From an uncultured Candidatus Binatia bacterium (GTDB taxonomy: Bacteria; Desulfobacterota; Binatia; Bin18): a DNA stretch of 64,000 nucleotides. The notes beneath the pieces are model-generated. The model was not told the DNA's origin. It ran no database searches and saw nothing but the letters and a program-made list of their open reading frames with translations. Shown piece by piece: positions 33,143-45,353 of the stretch; the stretch's first letter is position 1, and each line of letters opens with the position of its first letter. Location of the stretch: contig OZ242288.1 of NCBI GenBank assembly GCA_965207575.1, positions 2,342,241-2,406,240 of the forward strand, given 5' to 3'. The translations under genes and the position numbers were made by a program.

Positions 33143-33430
33143 ATGGATGTCTATTCTGTTCTTGTCGCGCCATTGATCACTGAGAAATCAACCCTGGCAA
33201 GTGAGGTTGGCAATCAGGTCGTCTTTCGTGTCCACCCGCAGGCCAATAAGGTGAGTATTAAAAACGCAGTTGAGGCGCTTTTTGAGGTGAAAGTCAAACA
33301 AGTGCGGACTATTCAATATATCGGCAAACATCGGCGCGTTGGTCGGTCGCAGGGCAGAAAAGCAGCCTGGAAGAAGGCCTATGTCACCTTACGTGATGGC
33401 GACCGTATAGACTTCTTTGAAGGGGCGTAA
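33143..33430 (+). CDS. rplW: 50S ribosomal protein L23
   Basis: MDVYSVLVAPLITEKS...; start trimmed to the ATG at 33143, preceded by GGGGAG. Confidence 0.9.
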   Translation: MDVYSVLVAPLITEKSTLASEVGNQVVFRVHPQANKVSIKNAVEALFEVKVKQVRTIQYIGKHRRVGRSQGRKAAWKKAYVTLRDGDRIDFFEGA

Positions 33431-33433
33431 CTC

Positions 33434-34261
33434 GTGGCTGTCCGACAGTACAAACCAACGTCTGCTGGGAGACGCTTCCAAAGTGTCTCTCGCTTCAGTG
33501 AGATCGCGAAGACAAAAGAAGGGCCGGAGCGGTCCTTGCTGGCACCCCTCCATAAGCGTGGTGGGCGGAATAATAGGGGGCGACTCACTGTCCTTCACCG
33601 GGGCGGTGGCCATAAACGACGGTATCGTTTGATAGACTTTCGCCGCGACAAGGACAGTATTGAGGCGAAGGTTGCTGCTATAGAATATGATCCAAATCGC
33701 TCTGCCCATATTGCCCAACTCCATTATCGGGATGGAGAGAAACGTTATATCCTCGCCCCCGCCGGTCTGGCTGTTGGCCATGTTGTCATGTCGGGAGAAT
33801 CAGCAGATATTCGTCCCGGCAATTGTTTACCGTTGCGGTGTATTCCGGTTGGCACGATTATCCACAACATCGAGCTGAAGATAGGCAAGGGGGCTCAGAT
33901 TGTTAGGAGTGCTGGGACCGCTGCGCAACTGATGGCCAGAGAAGGCGTGTACGCAACAGTGAAGCTCCCCTCGGGAGAAATGCGGCTGGTGCATCAAAAC
34001 TGCAAAGCCACTATCGGTCAGGTCGGCAACCTCGATCATGAGAACGTCTCGTATGGGAAGGCGGGTCGGAGTCGGTGGTTTGGTCGTCGGCCGCGCGTGC
34101 GAGGCATTGCCATGAATCCGGTAGACCACCCACTTGGGGGAGGTGAAGGAAGAAGTAAAGGGAATCATCCCATGAGTCCCTGGGGGGTGCTAGCCAAGGG
34201 GTATAAGACCAGACGCCGCTCAAAGTCAGACAAGTATATTGTCCAAAAGAGAAAGAAATAA
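33434..34261 (+). CDS. rplB: 50S ribosomal protein L2
   Basis: [14 protein letters not shown]...; 275 aa. Confidence 0.96.
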   Translation: MAVRQYKPTSAGRRFQSVSRFSEIAKTKEGPERSLLAPLHKRGGRNNRGRLTVLHRGGGHKRRYRLIDFRRDKDSIEAKVAAIEYDPNRSAHIAQLHYRDGEKRYILAPAGLAVGHVVMSGESADIRPGNCLPLRCIPVGTIIHNIELKIGKGAQIVRSAGTAAQLMAREGVYATVKLPSGEMRLVHQNCKATIGQVGNLDHENVSYGKAGRSRWFGRRPRVRGIAMNPVDHPLGGGEGRSKGNHPMSPWGVLAKGYKTRRRSKSDKYIVQKRKK

Positions 34262-34262
34262 G

Positions 34263-34547
34263 ATGCCCCGCTCAGTCAAAAAAGGTCCATTTATTGACGA
34301 CCACTTACTGAAGAAGGTCGATACGGCCGTGCAAAGCGGTGATAAAAAGGTGATTAAAACCTGGTCCCGCCGGTCCACGATTATCCCTGAAATGATTGGA
34401 TTGACATTCGCCGTGCACAATGGAAGGAAATTTATCCCTGTCTATGTGACTGAAAATATGGTCGGCCATAAACTCGGTGAATTTTCTCCAACACGGACCT
34501 TTTATGGCCATGCCGGGGATAAGAAGGGCGACGTGAAAAGGAGATAG
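34263..34547 (+). CDS. rpsS: 30S ribosomal protein S19
   Basis: [19 protein letters not shown]; start trimmed. Confidence 0.95.
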   Translation: MPRSVKKGPFIDDHLLKKVDTAVQSGDKKVIKTWSRRSTIIPEMIGLTFAVHNGRKFIPVYVTENMVGHKLGEFSPTRTFYGHAGDKKGDVKRR

Positions 34548-34559
34548 AAGGTAGCAGCT

Positions 34560-34892
34560 ATGGAGGTTCGCTCAATCACTCGTCATGTACGAATGGCGCC
34601 GCGGAAAGCCCGTTTAGTGGCGGACCTCATCCGTGGCAAACAGGTCGAAGAAGCGCTGATGGTCCTGCGTTTTTCCCAGAAGAAGGCGGCGCGTGTTTTT
34701 ACAAAAACGCTCCAGGCTGCCATTGCCAACGCTACAGATACGCAGAATGTCGATCCTGATACATTGTATGTGAAACAGGCCACCGTAAACGGGGGAGCAA
34801 CTTTTCGGCGCTTTACTCCTCGTGCGCACGGACGCGCAACGCCGATTCGGAAGCGTACGAGTCATTTTACGATTATTGTCGACGAGAAATAG
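34560..34892 (+). CDS. rplV: 50S ribosomal protein L22
   Basis: 110 aa; L22 family. Confidence 0.93.
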   Translation: MEVRSITRHVRMAPRKARLVADLIRGKQVEEALMVLRFSQKKAARVFTKTLQAAIANATDTQNVDPDTLYVKQATVNGGATFRRFTPRAHGRATPIRKRTSHFTIIVDEK

Positions 34893-34908
34893 ACGAAAGA
34901 AGAATAGA

Positions 34909-35571
34909 ATGGGTCAGAAAGTACATCCGAAGGGGTTCCGGGTTGGCGTGCTCGAAGGGTGGGAGTCTCGCTGGTTTGCAGAGAGAGAGTATGCCACGTT
35001 GCTGCACGATGACATTCGTATTCGAGAGTTCATTAAGAAGCGTCTCTATCATGCCGGGATTGCGAAAATTGAAGTCGAGCGTGCCGCGAACAAGGCAAAA
35101 ATAAATATCTATACCGCTCGCCCCGGCATTGTGATTGGAAAAAAAGGGGTGGAGATAGAAAAGCTGAAAACCGAACTCGCCCAGCAAACCGACCGGGAAG
35201 TCTATCTGAATATTCACGAAGTACGGCGTCCCGACCTAGACGCGCAACTCGTCTCTGAAAACGTCGCCCTTCAGCTTGAGCGACGGGTGGCCTTTCGGCG
35301 CGCCATGAAGGAGAGTGTGACACGCGCCATTCGCATGGGAGCACAAGGAGTGAAAGTGCGTTGCTCGGGGCGGCTCGGTGGAGCGGAGATCGCCCGTACC
35401 GAGTGGTACCGAGAAGGACGGGTCCCACTGCATACCTTGCGGGCCGATATTAGTTATGGTGTGGCAGAAGCCCGAACTACGTATGGTGTGATTGGGGTGA
35501 AGGTGTGGATCTTCCGAGGCGAAGTCCTCACGAAAGAAGAGGAGCAGCATCGCTCGACCGTGAGTGCGTAA
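34909..35571 (+). CDS. rpsC: 30S ribosomal protein S3
   Basis: [14 protein letters not shown]; KH domain; start trimmed. Confidence 0.95.
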   Translation: MGQKVHPKGFRVGVLEGWESRWFAEREYATLLHDDIRIREFIKKRLYHAGIAKIEVERAANKAKINIYTARPGIVIGKKGVEIEKLKTELAQQTDREVYLNIHEVRRPDLDAQLVSENVALQLERRVAFRRAMKESVTRAIRMGAQGVKVRCSGRLGGAEIARTEWYREGRVPLHTLRADISYGVAEARTTYGVIGVKVWIFRGEVLTKEEEQHRSTVSA

Positions 35572-35583
35572 AGGACGCCAGCT

Positions 35584-36012
35584 ATGCTCTCGCCCAGGAA
35601 AACGAAGTTTCGAAAACAGCAGCGGAGACGTATATACGGTAACGCCCACCGTGGTGCCACGCTCTCGTTTGGCGATTACGGCTTGCAAACGACACAACGT
35701 GGCTGGGTGACCGCCCGACAGATAGAAGCCGCCCGGATTGCTTTGACCCGTCATGTCCGCCGTGGGGGGCGTATCTGGATACGTGTCTTTCCCGATAAGC
35801 CAGTGACCAAAAAGCCGACGGAAACACGCATGGGAAAGGGCAAGGCATCGCCCGAATTTTGGGTCGCGGTTGTCAAGCCGGGACGGATGCTCTTCGAAAT
35901 CGAAGGAGTCCCTCGCGAGACCGCCCGTGAGGCGCTGCGGCTTGCCGCCAATAAACTGCCGGTCAGTACGCAGATACGAGAGCGACTAGGAGCGACATAT
36001 GCGGGCGCGTGA
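35584..36012 (+). CDS. rplP: 50S ribosomal protein L16
   Basis: [16 protein letters not shown]... Confidence 0.95.
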   Translation: MLSPRKTKFRKQQRRRIYGNAHRGATLSFGDYGLQTTQRGWVTARQIEAARIALTRHVRRGGRIWIRVFPDKPVTKKPTETRMGKGKASPEFWVAVVKPGRMLFEIEGVPRETAREALRLAANKLPVSTQIRERLGATYAGA

Positions 36013-36208
36013 AGTCCGAGAGTTGACTGACGAAGAAATGCAGGGCAAGGCGCGAGAGCTGAGTGAAGAACTCTTTCGTCTCCGTTTGAGGAGAGGGACA
36101 GGGCAAATTGAAGACGCCATGCGGATCCGAAAAATTCGTCGAGATATTGCTCGGGTAAAGACCATACAACGCGAACGTATTCGTACCGCGGGTAAAGAAC
36201 GGAGCTAG
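35999..36208 (+). CDS. rpmC: 50S ribosomal protein L29
   Basis: 69 aa; overlaps the rplP 3' end by 14 nt, as is typical. Confidence 0.9.
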   Translation: MRAREVRELTDEEMQGKARELSEELFRLRLRRGTGQIEDAMRIRKIRRDIARVKTIQRERIRTAGKERS

Positions 36209-36210
36209 GT

Positions 36211-36477
36211 GTGCCTGGAAACCGGAAAGTCAGACAAGGGGTCGTCGTCAGTGATAAGATGGATAAAACTGTCACGGTCCAAGTTGAGCGGCTTGTCCGT
36301 CATCCGATGTACAAGAAGTATATTCGCCAACGGAAAAAATATAAGGTGCATGACCCCGCCAACGAATGCCGGACTGGAGATACTGTCACCATTACGGAAA
36401 CGAGACCCCTCAGCCGAGATAAACGCTGGCGCGTACGAGCGGTATTGAAGTCGGAGACATCGGGGACGGTACAGTAA
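36211..36477 (+). CDS. rpsQ: 30S ribosomal protein S17
   Basis: [30 protein letters not shown]. Confidence 0.93.
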   Translation: MPGNRKVRQGVVVSDKMDKTVTVQVERLVRHPMYKKYIRQRKKYKVHDPANECRTGDTVTITETRPLSRDKRWRVRAVLKSETSGTVQ

Positions 36478-36489
36478 AGAGGGAGGCGT

Positions 36490-36858
36490 ATGATTCAGGT
36501 GGAATCCGTGCTTGACGTGGCCGATAACTCGGGGGCACGCCGCGTCCGGTGTATTCGTGTCCTCGGTGGGACACGTCGGAGGTATGCGTCGGTTGGTGAT
36601 GAAGTGGTTGTTTCGGTCCGGGAAGCCATTCCCAATGCGAAAGTGAAAAAAGGCGATGTCATGCGCGCCGTCGTTGTCCGAACGGCTAAGGAACTCGGCC
36701 GTCCGGATGGCTCGTATATTCGTTTTGATACCAATTCCGCCGTGCTGCTCGATAATCAGCGTGAGCCGCTTGGAACACGTATTTTCGGACCCGTGGCGCG
36801 CGAGCTACGGGCGAAGCGTTTTATGAAAATTATTTCCCTCGCCCCAGAGGTGCTGTAG
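36490..36858 (+). CDS. rplN: 50S ribosomal protein L14
   Basis: [27 protein letters not shown]. Confidence 0.96.
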   Translation: MIQVESVLDVADNSGARRVRCIRVLGGTRRRYASVGDEVVVSVREAIPNAKVKKGDVMRAVVVRTAKELGRPDGSYIRFDTNSAVLLDNQREPLGTRIFGPVARELRAKRFMKIISLAPEVL

Positions 36859-36866
36859 GACAGGCC

Positions 36867-37181
36867 ATGGCTGCACGCATTAAAAAAAATGATTCGGTGA
36901 TGATTATCGCTGGAAAAGAGCGAGGAAAAATCGGAAAGGTCATCCGGGTACAGCCGCAACAGGAGCGAGCCGTTGTTGAGCGCCTCAATATGATCAAGCG
37001 CCACGTCAAGCCGCGTGGGCCACAGGACTCTGGCGGGATATTGGAAAAAGAGGCCTCCATTCATCTCTCAAATTTGATGCTGGTCGATCCTCAAGACGGG
37101 CGCCCGACTCGGGTCGGGTTCAGGGTCGTTGATGGACGGAAGATGCGGGTGAGTCGGCGAACCGGGAATGTGTTGGACTGA
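36867..37181 (+). CDS. rplX: 50S ribosomal protein L24
   Basis: 104 aa; KOW domain. Confidence 0.93.
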   Translation: MAARIKKNDSVMIIAGKERGKIGKVIRVQPQQERAVVERLNMIKRHVKPRGPQDSGGILEKEASIHLSNLMLVDPQDGRPTRVGFRVVDGRKMRVSRRTGNVLD

Positions 37182-37186
37182 TACTT

Positions 37187-37726
37187 ATGGCTCGTATTAA
37201 AGACCTCTACTATAGACAAATACTGCCCGCTCTGAAGCAAGAGTTGGGATGTGCCAACGTGATGCAGGTTCCTCGTCTGTCAAAGATTGTTATCAACATG
37301 GGGCTGGGAGAAGGAGCCACAAACGCCAAATTGCTCGAAAGTAGTGTCGAGGAAATTGGACTGATCGTGGGACAGAAGCCGGTGGTCACTCGGGCTCACA
37401 AATCGATTGCGAATTTTAAACTCCGGGAAGGTATGACGATCGGGTGCGCGGTCACGTTACGCGGGGAGCGCATGTATGAGTTTTTTGACCGTTTGGTCAA
37501 TGTGGCGCTTCCCCGGGTGAGAGACTTTCGAGGCATATCCGATAGTTCTTTTGACGGTCGCGGGAATTATTCTCTCGGGATTCGGGAGCATACCATCTTC
37601 CCTGAAATAAATTTGGATAAGATTGATCAAATAAAAGGGTTTACCGTCTCTATGGTAACGACGGCAAAAACAGATATAGAGGGGCGTGCGTTGCTACGAG
37701 CCCTTGGCATGCCTTTTCGGAGTTAA
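37187..37726 (+). CDS. rplE: 50S ribosomal protein L5
   Basis: 179 aa; L5 family. Confidence 0.95.
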   Translation: MARIKDLYYRQILPALKQELGCANVMQVPRLSKIVINMGLGEGATNAKLLESSVEEIGLIVGQKPVVTRAHKSIANFKLREGMTIGCAVTLRGERMYEFFDRLVNVALPRVRDFRGISDSSFDGRGNYSLGIREHTIFPEINLDKIDQIKGFTVSMVTTAKTDIEGRALLRALGMPFRS

Positions 37727-37731
37727 GAGCT

Positions 37732-37917
37732 ATGGCACGAACATGTTTGCGCGTAAAGGCACAACGGAAGCCGAAATTTCGCGTTCGGGAATATAATCGC
37801 TGTCCACTATGTGGTCGCTCTCGTGGTTTCTATCGTCGATTCCGTATGTGTCGTATCTGCTTGCGGACCTATGCGCTGCAGGGCCAAATTCCTGGCATGA
37901 CCAAGGCAAGTTGGTAG
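37732..37917 (+). CDS. rpsN: 30S ribosomal protein S14 type Z (zinc-binding short form, 61 aa)
   Basis: CPLCGR...CRICLR, a Cys4 zinc ribbon. Confidence 0.93.
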   Translation: MARTCLRVKAQRKPKFRVREYNRCPLCGRSRGFYRRFRMCRICLRTYALQGQIPGMTKASW

Positions 37918-37928
37918 GGAAGAGGATT

Positions 37929-38324
37929 ATGCAGACTGACCCCATTGCCGATTTGTTGACGTGTATCCGCAACGCGTTACGGGCGAGGAAAAAGACCGTT
38001 TCGGTGCCGCGCTCCCGTATCAAGGAAGCCATTGTTCAAATCCTTGTCACTGAAGGCTTCATCCAGAATTATCGCAGCGTTGAGGATAACGGATTTCCCT
38101 GTCTCCTCATTGAGCTCAAGTATGATGACGCAGGACGCCCCGCACTCCACGGGGTGCAGCGCGTGAGTAAGCCGAGCCTGCGAACCTATGTACGGGCAGA
38201 TGCCATCCCCGCCGTGCGGAACGGACTCGGAGTGAATATCCTGTCGACCTCTCGTGGGGTTATCGTTGACCGGGACGCCCGCGCGCTTCGCGTCGGTGGG
38301 GAAGTCCTGTGTAGTGCGTGGTAA
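37929..38324 (+). CDS. rpsH: 30S ribosomal protein S8
   Basis: MQTDPIADLLTCIRNA; start trimmed. Confidence 0.93.
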   Translation: MQTDPIADLLTCIRNALRARKKTVSVPRSRIKEAIVQILVTEGFIQNYRSVEDNGFPCLLIELKYDDAGRPALHGVQRVSKPSLRTYVRADAIPAVRNGLGVNILSTSRGVIVDRDARALRVGGEVLCSAW

Positions 38325-38346
38325 AGGAGAAAGAGGGCAATAACGT

Positions 38347-38895
38347 ATGTCTGGTGTTGGGCACAAGCCGGTCCTGTTGCCGGATGCGGTAAAGGTTTCA
38401 TACGACCAGGGAACGCTGACGGCTGAAGGGCCAAGGGGGGTCCTGCAGGTGCCGGTTGACGCCGCGCTCTCGGTCGAAATTACGACATCCAGTGTGCTGT
38501 TGATCCGATCGGATGATTCTCGCCGCTCTAAAGCACGGCAAGGGCTCACTCGGAAGCTTGTCGCCAATGCGGTTCAAGGGGTCTCGACCGGGTTTTCAAA
38601 GGTGTTGGAAATTAACGGAGTCGGATATCGAGCCGACGCGGTGAAGGACATCCTCCAACTGAACCTCGGGTTTTCTCATCCTATTTTCTTCCAACTGCCT
38701 ACGGGGGTCAGTGCCAAGGTTGATCGCCAGACGCAGATTACAATTGAGGGGGTCGATAAACAACTTGTCGGAGAAGTTGCGGCCTCAATCCGTCGGCTCC
38801 GGCCACCCGAGCCCTATAAGGGAAAAGGGATTAAATACGTAGATGAGCACGTGCGGAGAAAGGCTGGAAAGACCGCTGTTGCTGCTGGAGGATAG
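38347..38895 (+). CDS. rplF: 50S ribosomal protein L6
   Basis: 182 aa; L6 family. Confidence 0.93.
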   Translation: MSGVGHKPVLLPDAVKVSYDQGTLTAEGPRGVLQVPVDAALSVEITTSSVLLIRSDDSRRSKARQGLTRKLVANAVQGVSTGFSKVLEINGVGYRADAVKDILQLNLGFSHPIFFQLPTGVSAKVDRQTQITIEGVDKQLVGEVAASIRRLRPPEPYKGKGIKYVDEHVRRKAGKTAVAAGG

Positions 38896-38897
38896 GA

Positions 38898-39269
38898 ATG
38901 GCCGGGACGAACCCTCGGGAACGGAGCCGCCTGCTCCGTCGAAAGCGGATAAGACGGAAAGTGCGTGGAACGGACAGCCGACCGCGCTTATGTATCTACC
39001 GTAGTAATAAGCATCTCTACGCCCAAGTAATCTCTGATGAGAGTGGTCGGTCTTTAGCGTCCGTCTCAACCCTCTCGGCCGATCTCAAGGAACGGACGCA
39101 GCAAAAAGCGGCGACGGTCTCTGCGGCAAAAGAAGTGGGACAGCTCATTGCGAAAAAGTGTCAAGAGCAGGGGATACAGACCGTCGTTTTTGATCGGAAC
39201 GGATTCCTCTTTCATGGGCAGGTCCGCGCGGTCGCCGACGCGGCGCGCGAGGCTGGCCTACAACTCTAA
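38898..39269 (+). CDS. rplR: 50S ribosomal protein L18
   Basis: 123 aa; L18 family. Confidence 0.93.
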   Translation: MAGTNPRERSRLLRRKRIRRKVRGTDSRPRLCIYRSNKHLYAQVISDESGRSLASVSTLSADLKERTQQKAATVSAAKEVGQLIAKKCQEQGIQTVVFDRNGFLFHGQVRAVADAAREAGLQL

Positions 39270-39274
39270 GGAGT

Positions 39275-39793
39275 ATGCCTGTGGCGACTGACGATGATCG
39301 GATTAACCCTGACGAACTCGATATCCAAGAGAAAGTCGTTCATATCAATCGTGTGAGTAAAGTGGTCAAGGGTGGGCGCCGTTTCAGTTTCAGCGCCGTT
39401 GTTGTGGCTGGGGATGGTGCGGGACATGTTGGCTACGGCTTGGGGAAGGCTCACGAAGTCCCAGAAGCCATACGGAAAGGCGTTGAGCACGCGAAGAAGT
39501 CTTTGATTCGCGTTCCCCTTGTCGAAGATACCTTGCCCTACACGGTTATTGGCCGGCACGGTGCGGGCAAGGTGTTGCTCAAACCCGCCGCGGCCGGTAC
39601 CGGTCTCATCGCGGGTGGCGGTGTGCGTATCGTTATGGAATTGGCTGGCGTACGGAACGCACTCACAAAATGTCTCGGATCGACGAATCCGCATAACTCC
39701 GTAAAGGCTACACTGGCTGCCCTGGAGAGTCTGGACGGTCCGGAGCAGGTTGCCGAGCGGAGGGGGAAGCCCGCGCTGGGTATGAAAGGATAG
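39275..39793 (+). CDS. rpsE: 30S ribosomal protein S5
   Basis: [26 protein letters not shown]. Confidence 0.95.
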   Translation: MPVATDDDRINPDELDIQEKVVHINRVSKVVKGGRRFSFSAVVVAGDGAGHVGYGLGKAHEVPEAIRKGVEHAKKSLIRVPLVEDTLPYTVIGRHGAGKVLLKPAAAGTGLIAGGGVRIVMELAGVRNALTKCLGSTNPHNSVKATLAALESLDGPEQVAERRGKPALGMKG

Positions 39794-39796
39794 GGC

Positions 39797-40000
39797 ATGG
39801 CCGACGCAGGAAAAGGGCAGGTCTTAGCCATTACCTTGAAGCGGAGTGCTATTGGGGGCACGCGGCGCCAGCGCGAAACCTTGCGCGGCCTTGGCCTCAC
39901 CCGCGTTGGGAAGACCGTACTGCGAAACGATTCGCCCTCACTCCAAGGGATGGTGAATCGAGTATCCCATCTTATCGAGGTGCGTGAGAATGGATCTTAG
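39797..40000 (+). CDS. rpmD: 50S ribosomal protein L30
   Basis: 67 aa; L30 family. Confidence 0.9.
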   Translation: MADAGKGQVLAITLKRSAIGGTRRQRETLRGLGLTRVGKTVLRNDSPSLQGMVNRVSHLIEVRENGS

Positions 40001-40430
40001 TCTCTTACGGCCCGCCCCCGGGTCGATGAAAAAACGAAAGCGGGTCGGCCGCGGTCCAGGCTCCGGGCTCGGCAAAACAGCAGGCCGCGGGCATAAAGGA
40101 AGCGGTGCACGCTCCGGTGGCAATATTCCACCCGGCTATGAAGGTGGACAAATGCCGCTTTCCCGCAGGTTGCCCAAACGAGGATTTCACAATCCATTTC
40201 GACAAGAGTATACCATCATTAACATTGGGAGTCTGGAGCGCTTTGAGGCTGGGAGCGTCGTGGACCTTGATGTGTTTCGCCAGTCTGGTCTCGTGAGTGG
40301 TCGTAAGTGTAAAGTCAAAATATTGGCAAAGGGGGAACTGACGAAGGCCCTGACTGTAAGAGCCCATGCCTTTAGCGCGCAAGCGCGTGAAAAGATTACT
40401 GCGCTGGGGGGGACAGCCGAGGTCGGGTAG
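39984..40430 (+). CDS. rplO: 50S ribosomal protein L15
   Basis: 148 aa, Gly/Arg-rich N-terminus. Confidence 0.93.
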   Translation: MRMDLSLLRPAPGSMKKRKRVGRGPGSGLGKTAGRGHKGSGARSGGNIPPGYEGGQMPLSRRLPKRGFHNPFRQEYTIINIGSLERFEAGSVVDLDVFRQSGLVSGRKCKVKILAKGELTKALTVRAHAFSAQAREKITALGGTAEVG

Positions 40431-40432
40431 TC

Positions 40433-41743
40433 ATGTTCGAAGGCTTACAAAACGCGACAAAGATATCAGACCTGCGCCGCCGGCTCCTCTTTACCTTTGC
40501 CTTGCTCGCCGTCTACCGTATCGGCGTAGCGATACCCACTCCAGGTATTGATGGAGAGGCGCTTGCGGCGTTCTTCGAGCAAGCGGCCAGCACTGTTTTT
40601 GGCTTAGTGAATCTCTTTTCTGGTGGTGCCCTTGAGCGTTTCTCTATCTTTGCCCTGGGCATTATGCCCTATATTAGTGCCTCCATTATCTTCCAACTTC
40701 TAACCGTCGTGGTCCCAACTCTTGAGCGCTTGTCAAAAGAAGGGGAGCAAGGCCGGCGTAAGATTACCCAGTACACCCGCTACAGCACGGTTGGTTTAGC
40801 TCTTCTCCAAGGGCTGTTTATCAGTATCGGACTCGAACAGATTCAGGCACCTGGCGGGAGCTTAGTTGTTTTTGATCCAGGCTGGGGATTTCGTCTCATG
40901 ACGATGATTACGCTGGCCGCCGGTACTGCTTTTATCATGTGGTTAGGCGAACAGATTACCGAGCGTGGCGTTGGCAATGGCATTTCTCTCATCATATTCG
41001 CTGGTATTGTCGCCAGTATTCCCTCAGCGGTGACCGCAACGACGGAGTTTGTTCGAGAGGGCGAATTAAGCATCCTTTTATTACTGCTCCTGTTAGTCGG
41101 CATGGTGGCCATCGTTGCCGCAGTGATTTTTATGGAGCGCGGGCAGCGCCGCATCCCGGTGCAATATGCAAAACGGGTTATAGGTCGAAGAGTCTATGGT
41201 GGGCAAAGTTCTCATCTGCCACTGAAAGTGAACACCGCTGGGGTGATTCCCCCGATTTTCGCCTCCTCGGTCTTGATTTTTCCGGCGACCATCGCCGGTT
41301 TTGCCGACCATCCGTGGGCCCAAACCGTTGCAAATGTTTTGACGCCGGGCGGGTCGATCTATAACGTCAGCTATGTCGCGATGATTATCTTCTTCTGTTA
41401 TTTTTATACTGCTGTTGTCTTCAACCCTACTGATGTTGCCGACAATATGAAAAAGAATGGCGGATTTATTCCTGGTATCCGTCCTGGGCAACGCACAGCG
41501 GACTATATCGATCGGGTCTTAAGTCGGATAACGTTGACGGGAGCAATTTATGTCTCCATCGTCTGTGTTTTGCCTAATCTTCTGGTGGGCTCTTTTAATG
41601 TACCATTTTTCTTTGGGGGAACGGCGCTGCTTATTGTCGTTGGCGTCGCTTTGGACACAGTGGCGCAGATTGAAACACAGCTCATCATGAGAAACTATGA
41701 AGGCTTCATGAAGCGCGGACGCATCAGAGGGCGACGAGGGTAG
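40433..41743 (+). CDS. secY: Preprotein translocase subunit SecY
   Basis: 436 aa, 10 TM helices; conserved SecY blocks. Confidence 0.96.
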   Translation: MFEGLQNATKISDLRRRLLFTFALLAVYRIGVAIPTPGIDGEALAAFFEQAASTVFGLVNLFSGGALERFSIFALGIMPYISASIIFQLLTVVVPTLERLSKEGEQGRRKITQYTRYSTVGLALLQGLFISIGLEQIQAPGGSLVVFDPGWGFRLMTMITLAAGTAFIMWLGEQITERGVGNGISLIIFAGIVASIPSAVTATTEFVREGELSILLLLLLLVGMVAIVAAVIFMERGQRRIPVQYAKRVIGRRVYGGQSSHLPLKVNTAGVIPPIFASSVLIFPATIAGFADHPWAQTVANVLTPGGSIYNVSYVAMIIFFCYFYTAVVFNPTDVADNMKKNGGFIPGIRPGQRTADYIDRVLSRITLTGAIYVSIVCVLPNLLVGSFNVPFFFGGTALLIVVGVALDTVAQIETQLIMRNYEGFMKRGRIRGRRG

Positions 41744-41768
41744 CGGACGCTGTCCGATTTTCTCACCG

Positions 41769-42536
41769 ATGATTTTTCTGAAATCCCTTGAAGAGATACA
41801 GACAATGCGGACTGCGAATCGCATTGTTGCAGACATCTTGAGCGAACTACGGCGGCGTGTTCGGCCAGGTATCTCAACCGGAGAGCTTGATGGTATCGCG
41901 GAAGAATGGATTGCAAAAAAGAAGGCTCAAACCGCATTTAAGGGGTATACGATTCGGAACGGTTCTGTTCCGTTCCCGGCCCATATTTGTATCTCTTTGA
42001 ATAACGAAATCGTCCACGGTATCCCCTCTCACAAGCGGATCATTCAAGACGGGGATATTGTCAGCCTGGATTTTGGTGTAGTGTATGATGAATTTTATGG
42101 TGACGCCGCAGTCTCTTTTGCGGTCGGAGAGGTCGGTCAGTCTGTTCGGCAGCTTTTAGAGACAACTGCCGGCGCCCTTGAAGCAGGCATAGGCCACGCC
42201 TGTATTGGCAACCGTCTTGGCGATATATCTGCCGCAGTTCAGGAGCGTGTCGAGCGAGATGGCTTCTCTGTTGTGCGAGAATTTGTTGGACATGGGGTTG
42301 GTCGTAGGCTGCATGAAGACCCGCCTGTCCCCAATTATGGTATGCGGAACCGGGGTGTCCGCTTGCGCGAAGGCATGGTCATCGCGATTGAGCCCATGGT
42401 GAACATGGGCGCTCCGGAGGTCGCCATGCTAGAGGATGGGTGGACTGCGGTGACAAAAGACGGCAGTCTCTCAGCGCACTTCGAGCATTCGGTTGCGATC
42501 ACGGCAGATGGACCAATGGTGCTCAGTAGCATGTAA
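41769..42536 (+). CDS. map: Methionine aminopeptidase, type I
   Basis: 255 aa; metal ligand context (D..D..H..E..E); lies directly after secY with no adk in between. Confidence 0.93.
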   Translation: MIFLKSLEEIQTMRTANRIVADILSELRRRVRPGISTGELDGIAEEWIAKKKAQTAFKGYTIRNGSVPFPAHICISLNNEIVHGIPSHKRIIQDGDIVSLDFGVVYDEFYGDAAVSFAVGEVGQSVRQLLETTAGALEAGIGHACIGNRLGDISAAVQERVERDGFSVVREFVGHGVGRRLHEDPPVPNYGMRNRGVRLREGMVIAIEPMVNMGAPEVAMLEDGWTAVTKDGSLSAHFEHSVAITADGPMVLSSM

Positions 42537-42592
42537 GAGAAAAGTATTCATACACGGAACCGTTTTCAGGTAAGAATGGAAATGAGGTTGGC

Positions 42593-42706
42593 ATGAAAGT
42601 TCGGGCTTCTGTGAAACCCATGTGTCGAAAGTGTAAGGTGATTAAACGCAAGGGCATTATACGGGTCATCTGTGAGAACCCGCGATGCAAGCAGCGACAG
42701 GGCTAG
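42593..42706 (+). CDS. rpmJ: 50S ribosomal protein L36 (zinc-ribbon C+ form), 37 aa
   Basis: Translated by hand: [37 protein letters not shown]; absent from the ORF track. Confidence 0.88.
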   Translation: MKVRASVKPMCRKCKVIKRKGIIRVICENPRCKQRQG

Positions 42707-42748
42707 GTGTTTTCCCGACGCGGGTGAAAGCAAGAGTGGAGAAGGCGT

Positions 42749-43132
42749 ATGGCACGGATTGCAGGTATCGAATTACCCCGGAACAAGAAAATCGGCATCG
42801 GTCTCACCTATATCTATGGGATCGGACGGGTCACCGCCCTCAAAATTCTGGCCGAGGCGGGAGTTGACCCAGACGCCAATTCTGACGCGTTGGCGGACGA
42901 TGAGATCGTCAATATCCGGCGGGCTATCGATCAAGACCACCGTGTCGAGGGAGACCTCAGGCGCGATGTTGCGAGTCATATTAAACACTATATTGACATT
43001 GGGGCCTACCGGGGCCTCCGACACCGCCGAAATCTGCCGGTCCGCGGTCAAAAGACAAAAAATAATTCTCGGACGCGTAAGGGACCGAGACGGACCGTTG
43101 CCGGAAAGAAAGTCGCGCCTACTCCTAAATAG
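42749..43132 (+). CDS. rpsM: 30S ribosomal protein S13
   Basis: [26 protein letters not shown]. Confidence 0.95.
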   Translation: MARIAGIELPRNKKIGIGLTYIYGIGRVTALKILAEAGVDPDANSDALADDEIVNIRRAIDQDHRVEGDLRRDVASHIKHYIDIGAYRGLRHRRNLPVRGQKTKNNSRTRKGPRRTVAGKKVAPTPK

Positions 43133-43159
43133 TGGACGGCGTGAGGAGAGGGGCACTGT

Positions 43160-43558
43160 ATGGCAAAAGCGGCGAGGCGGTCTGTCTCACGGAAGAAGAA
43201 AATTCGGAAAAACATTCCAGAAGGTGTGGTGAATATCTACTCGACCTTCAACAATACTATTGTGACCATTGCCGACCCGCAAGGAAATACTGTGGCTTGG
43301 GCGAGCGCGGGGAGCGTGGGCCTGAAGGGGTCACGGAAGGGCACGCCGTTTGCCGCCCAGATGGCGGCGGAGAGCGCGGCGCGTAAAGCGGCCGATGCCG
43401 GTATGCGCTCGGTTCAAGTGCACGTGAAGGGGCCCGGTGCCGGGAGAGAATCCGCCCTGCGAGCACTCCAATCCGCCGGGTTTGCGGTGAGTCTTATTCG
43501 GGACGTCACGCCTATCCCTCACAATGGCTGTCGTCCGCCCAAGCGTCGCAGAGTCTAA
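43160..43558 (+). CDS. rpsK: 30S ribosomal protein S11
   Basis: 132 aa; S11 family. Confidence 0.95.
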   Translation: MAKAARRSVSRKKKIRKNIPEGVVNIYSTFNNTIVTIADPQGNTVAWASAGSVGLKGSRKGTPFAAQMAAESAARKAADAGMRSVQVHVKGPGAGRESALRALQSAGFAVSLIRDVTPIPHNGCRPPKRRRV

Positions 43559-43606
43559 GAGACCGAGTGGACGAGTTCGGAGCTGATACAGATCAGGAGG
43601 TTTTTT

Positions 43607-44239
43607 GTGGCACGCTATCGAGGCCCATCCTGCCGTCTCTGCCGTCGAGAAGGGTTGAAACTCTTTCTGAAAGGCGAACGGTGTTACACGGATAAATGTG
43701 CAATTGAGAGAAGAAGCTATCCGCCGGGACAGCACGGGCAAGGGAGAGGAAGAAAGGCGACCGAGTACAGCGTTCAGTTGCGAGAGAAACAAAAGCTGAA
43801 ACGTATCTATGGGACGCTTGAGGGGCCGTTTCGTCGTCTTTTCGAGCGAGCCGAGCGCCAACGTGGAATCACCGGAGAAAATCTTTTGATTCTTCTCGAG
43901 AGTCGTCTCGATAATATGGTGTACCGGATGGGATTTGCAACCTCACGCTCAGAGGCTCGCCAGTTTATACGCCATGGCCATTTTCACGTCAACGGACGAA
44001 GAGTGACGATTCCATCGTACGGTGTAAAGGCCGGGGACGAGGTACAAGTACGCGAGGCGAGCCGAAAAATTACCCGTATCCAAGAATCCGTCGAGCTTGC
44101 CCAGCGACGCGGAGTGCCAGAATGGCTTGAGGTCCAAACGGATTCTTTTTCTGGAAAAGTCCGTGCTCTACCGGCTCGGCCGGAGATCACCTTGCCTATC
44201 AACGAACAGCTTATTGTTGAGCTATACTCGAAAGTCTAG
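43607..44239 (+). CDS. rpsD: 30S ribosomal protein S4
   Basis: 210 aa; N-terminal CRLCRREG zinc-binding motif. Confidence 0.95.
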   Translation: MARYRGPSCRLCRREGLKLFLKGERCYTDKCAIERRSYPPGQHGQGRGRKATEYSVQLREKQKLKRIYGTLEGPFRRLFERAERQRGITGENLLILLESRLDNMVYRMGFATSRSEARQFIRHGHFHVNGRRVTIPSYGVKAGDEVQVREASRKITRIQESVELAQRRGVPEWLEVQTDSFSGKVRALPARPEITLPINEQLIVELYSKV

Positions 44240-44300
44240 CGCAACGGATTGGTGTGGCGGATCGTATTAGGCATGGATGCAGGACGAAAGAGGGAGCAGC

Positions 44301-45320
44301 ATGCAGGAGAGTGATCTCATCAAGCCCAAGACACTCGATGTTGAAGACAAAACCTTAACCCCCACATATGGCCGCTTTATCGGCGAGCCCTTCGAACGTG
44401 GATTCGGGACAACATTGGGCAATGCCCTGAGGCGAATTCTTCTCTCCTCCCTGCCTGGGGCGGCTATCACCAAGGTCAGGATTCAAGATGTTGTGCATGA
44501 ATTCTCGACGATTCCTGGTGTCACGGAAGATGTCACAGATATCCTTCTGAACCTCAAAGAAGTCCGATTCCGTCTCCACGACAGCGATATGGAAACGGCC
44601 ACCCTGAGGGTCAATGGTGCGAAGAGTGTGAGCGCTGGGGATTTGGTCGTGGGTCCTCAGGTTGATATTCTCAATCCAGAGGCCCATGTTGCGAAACTGA
44701 GCAAAGACGGACAGCTCGAAGTTGAAGCCGAGATTCGCACAGGGCGCGGGTATATGGCGGCTGACCGGAATCAGTCTGAAGAGAGCCCTGTTGGTACAAT
44801 TCCCCTTGATGCGGTGTTTTCTCCTGTTCGAAAGGTCAATGTCACCGTCACCAACGCGCGTGTTGGTCAGCGGACGGACTACGAAAGGCTGGCGCTTGAA
44901 ATATGGACCGATGGCAGCATTGAGCCGAAAGAAGCGGTAGCCGCGGCCGCACGGATCGCTCAAGATCAGCTCTCGGTTTTTTCTGGTACGACAGAAGAGA
45001 TCGACAGCCAAGAAGAGCGCCCGGGACAGGAAGACCAGTCACCGACGAATGAAAATCTTTTTCGACCCATTGAAGAATTGGCGCTATCGGTTCGTTCTGC
45101 CAATTGCCTCCAAAGTGCAGATATCCGCTATGTGGGTGAACTTGTTGTCAAGGCCGAGCCCGAACTTCTCAAAACGAAGAATTTCGGACGGAAATCACTC
45201 AACGAGATTAAAGAATTACTTCATGAGATGGGATTAGAGCTTGGAATGCATCTGGAAGCATTTCCCCCTCGGGAAGAGTTGGATCGAATGCGAGTCTCCC
45301 GCGAGGGCAATCTGGCCTAG
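44301..45320 (+). CDS. rpoA: DNA-directed RNA polymerase subunit alpha
   Basis: N-terminal dimerisation domain and alpha-CTD (LNEIKELLHEMGLELGM); start trimmed to MQESDL, preceded by AGGGAG. Confidence 0.93.
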   Translation: MQESDLIKPKTLDVEDKTLTPTYGRFIGEPFERGFGTTLGNALRRILLSSLPGAAITKVRIQDVVHEFSTIPGVTEDVTDILLNLKEVRFRLHDSDMETATLRVNGAKSVSAGDLVVGPQVDILNPEAHVAKLSKDGQLEVEAEIRTGRGYMAADRNQSEESPVGTIPLDAVFSPVRKVNVTVTNARVGQRTDYERLALEIWTDGSIEPKEAVAAAARIAQDQLSVFSGTTEEIDSQEERPGQEDQSPTNENLFRPIEELALSVRSANCLQSADIRYVGELVVKAEPELLKTKNFGRKSLNEIKELLHEMGLELGMHLEAFPPREELDRMRVSREGNLA

Positions 45321-45353
45321 CCAGAGTCTCGGATCAGCAGGGAAGCGAGGACG

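Noticed and set aside
42672-43232. 186-aa alternate-frame ORF over rpsM
   Set aside because: It lies in an alternate frame of the conserved S13 gene and has no motif support.
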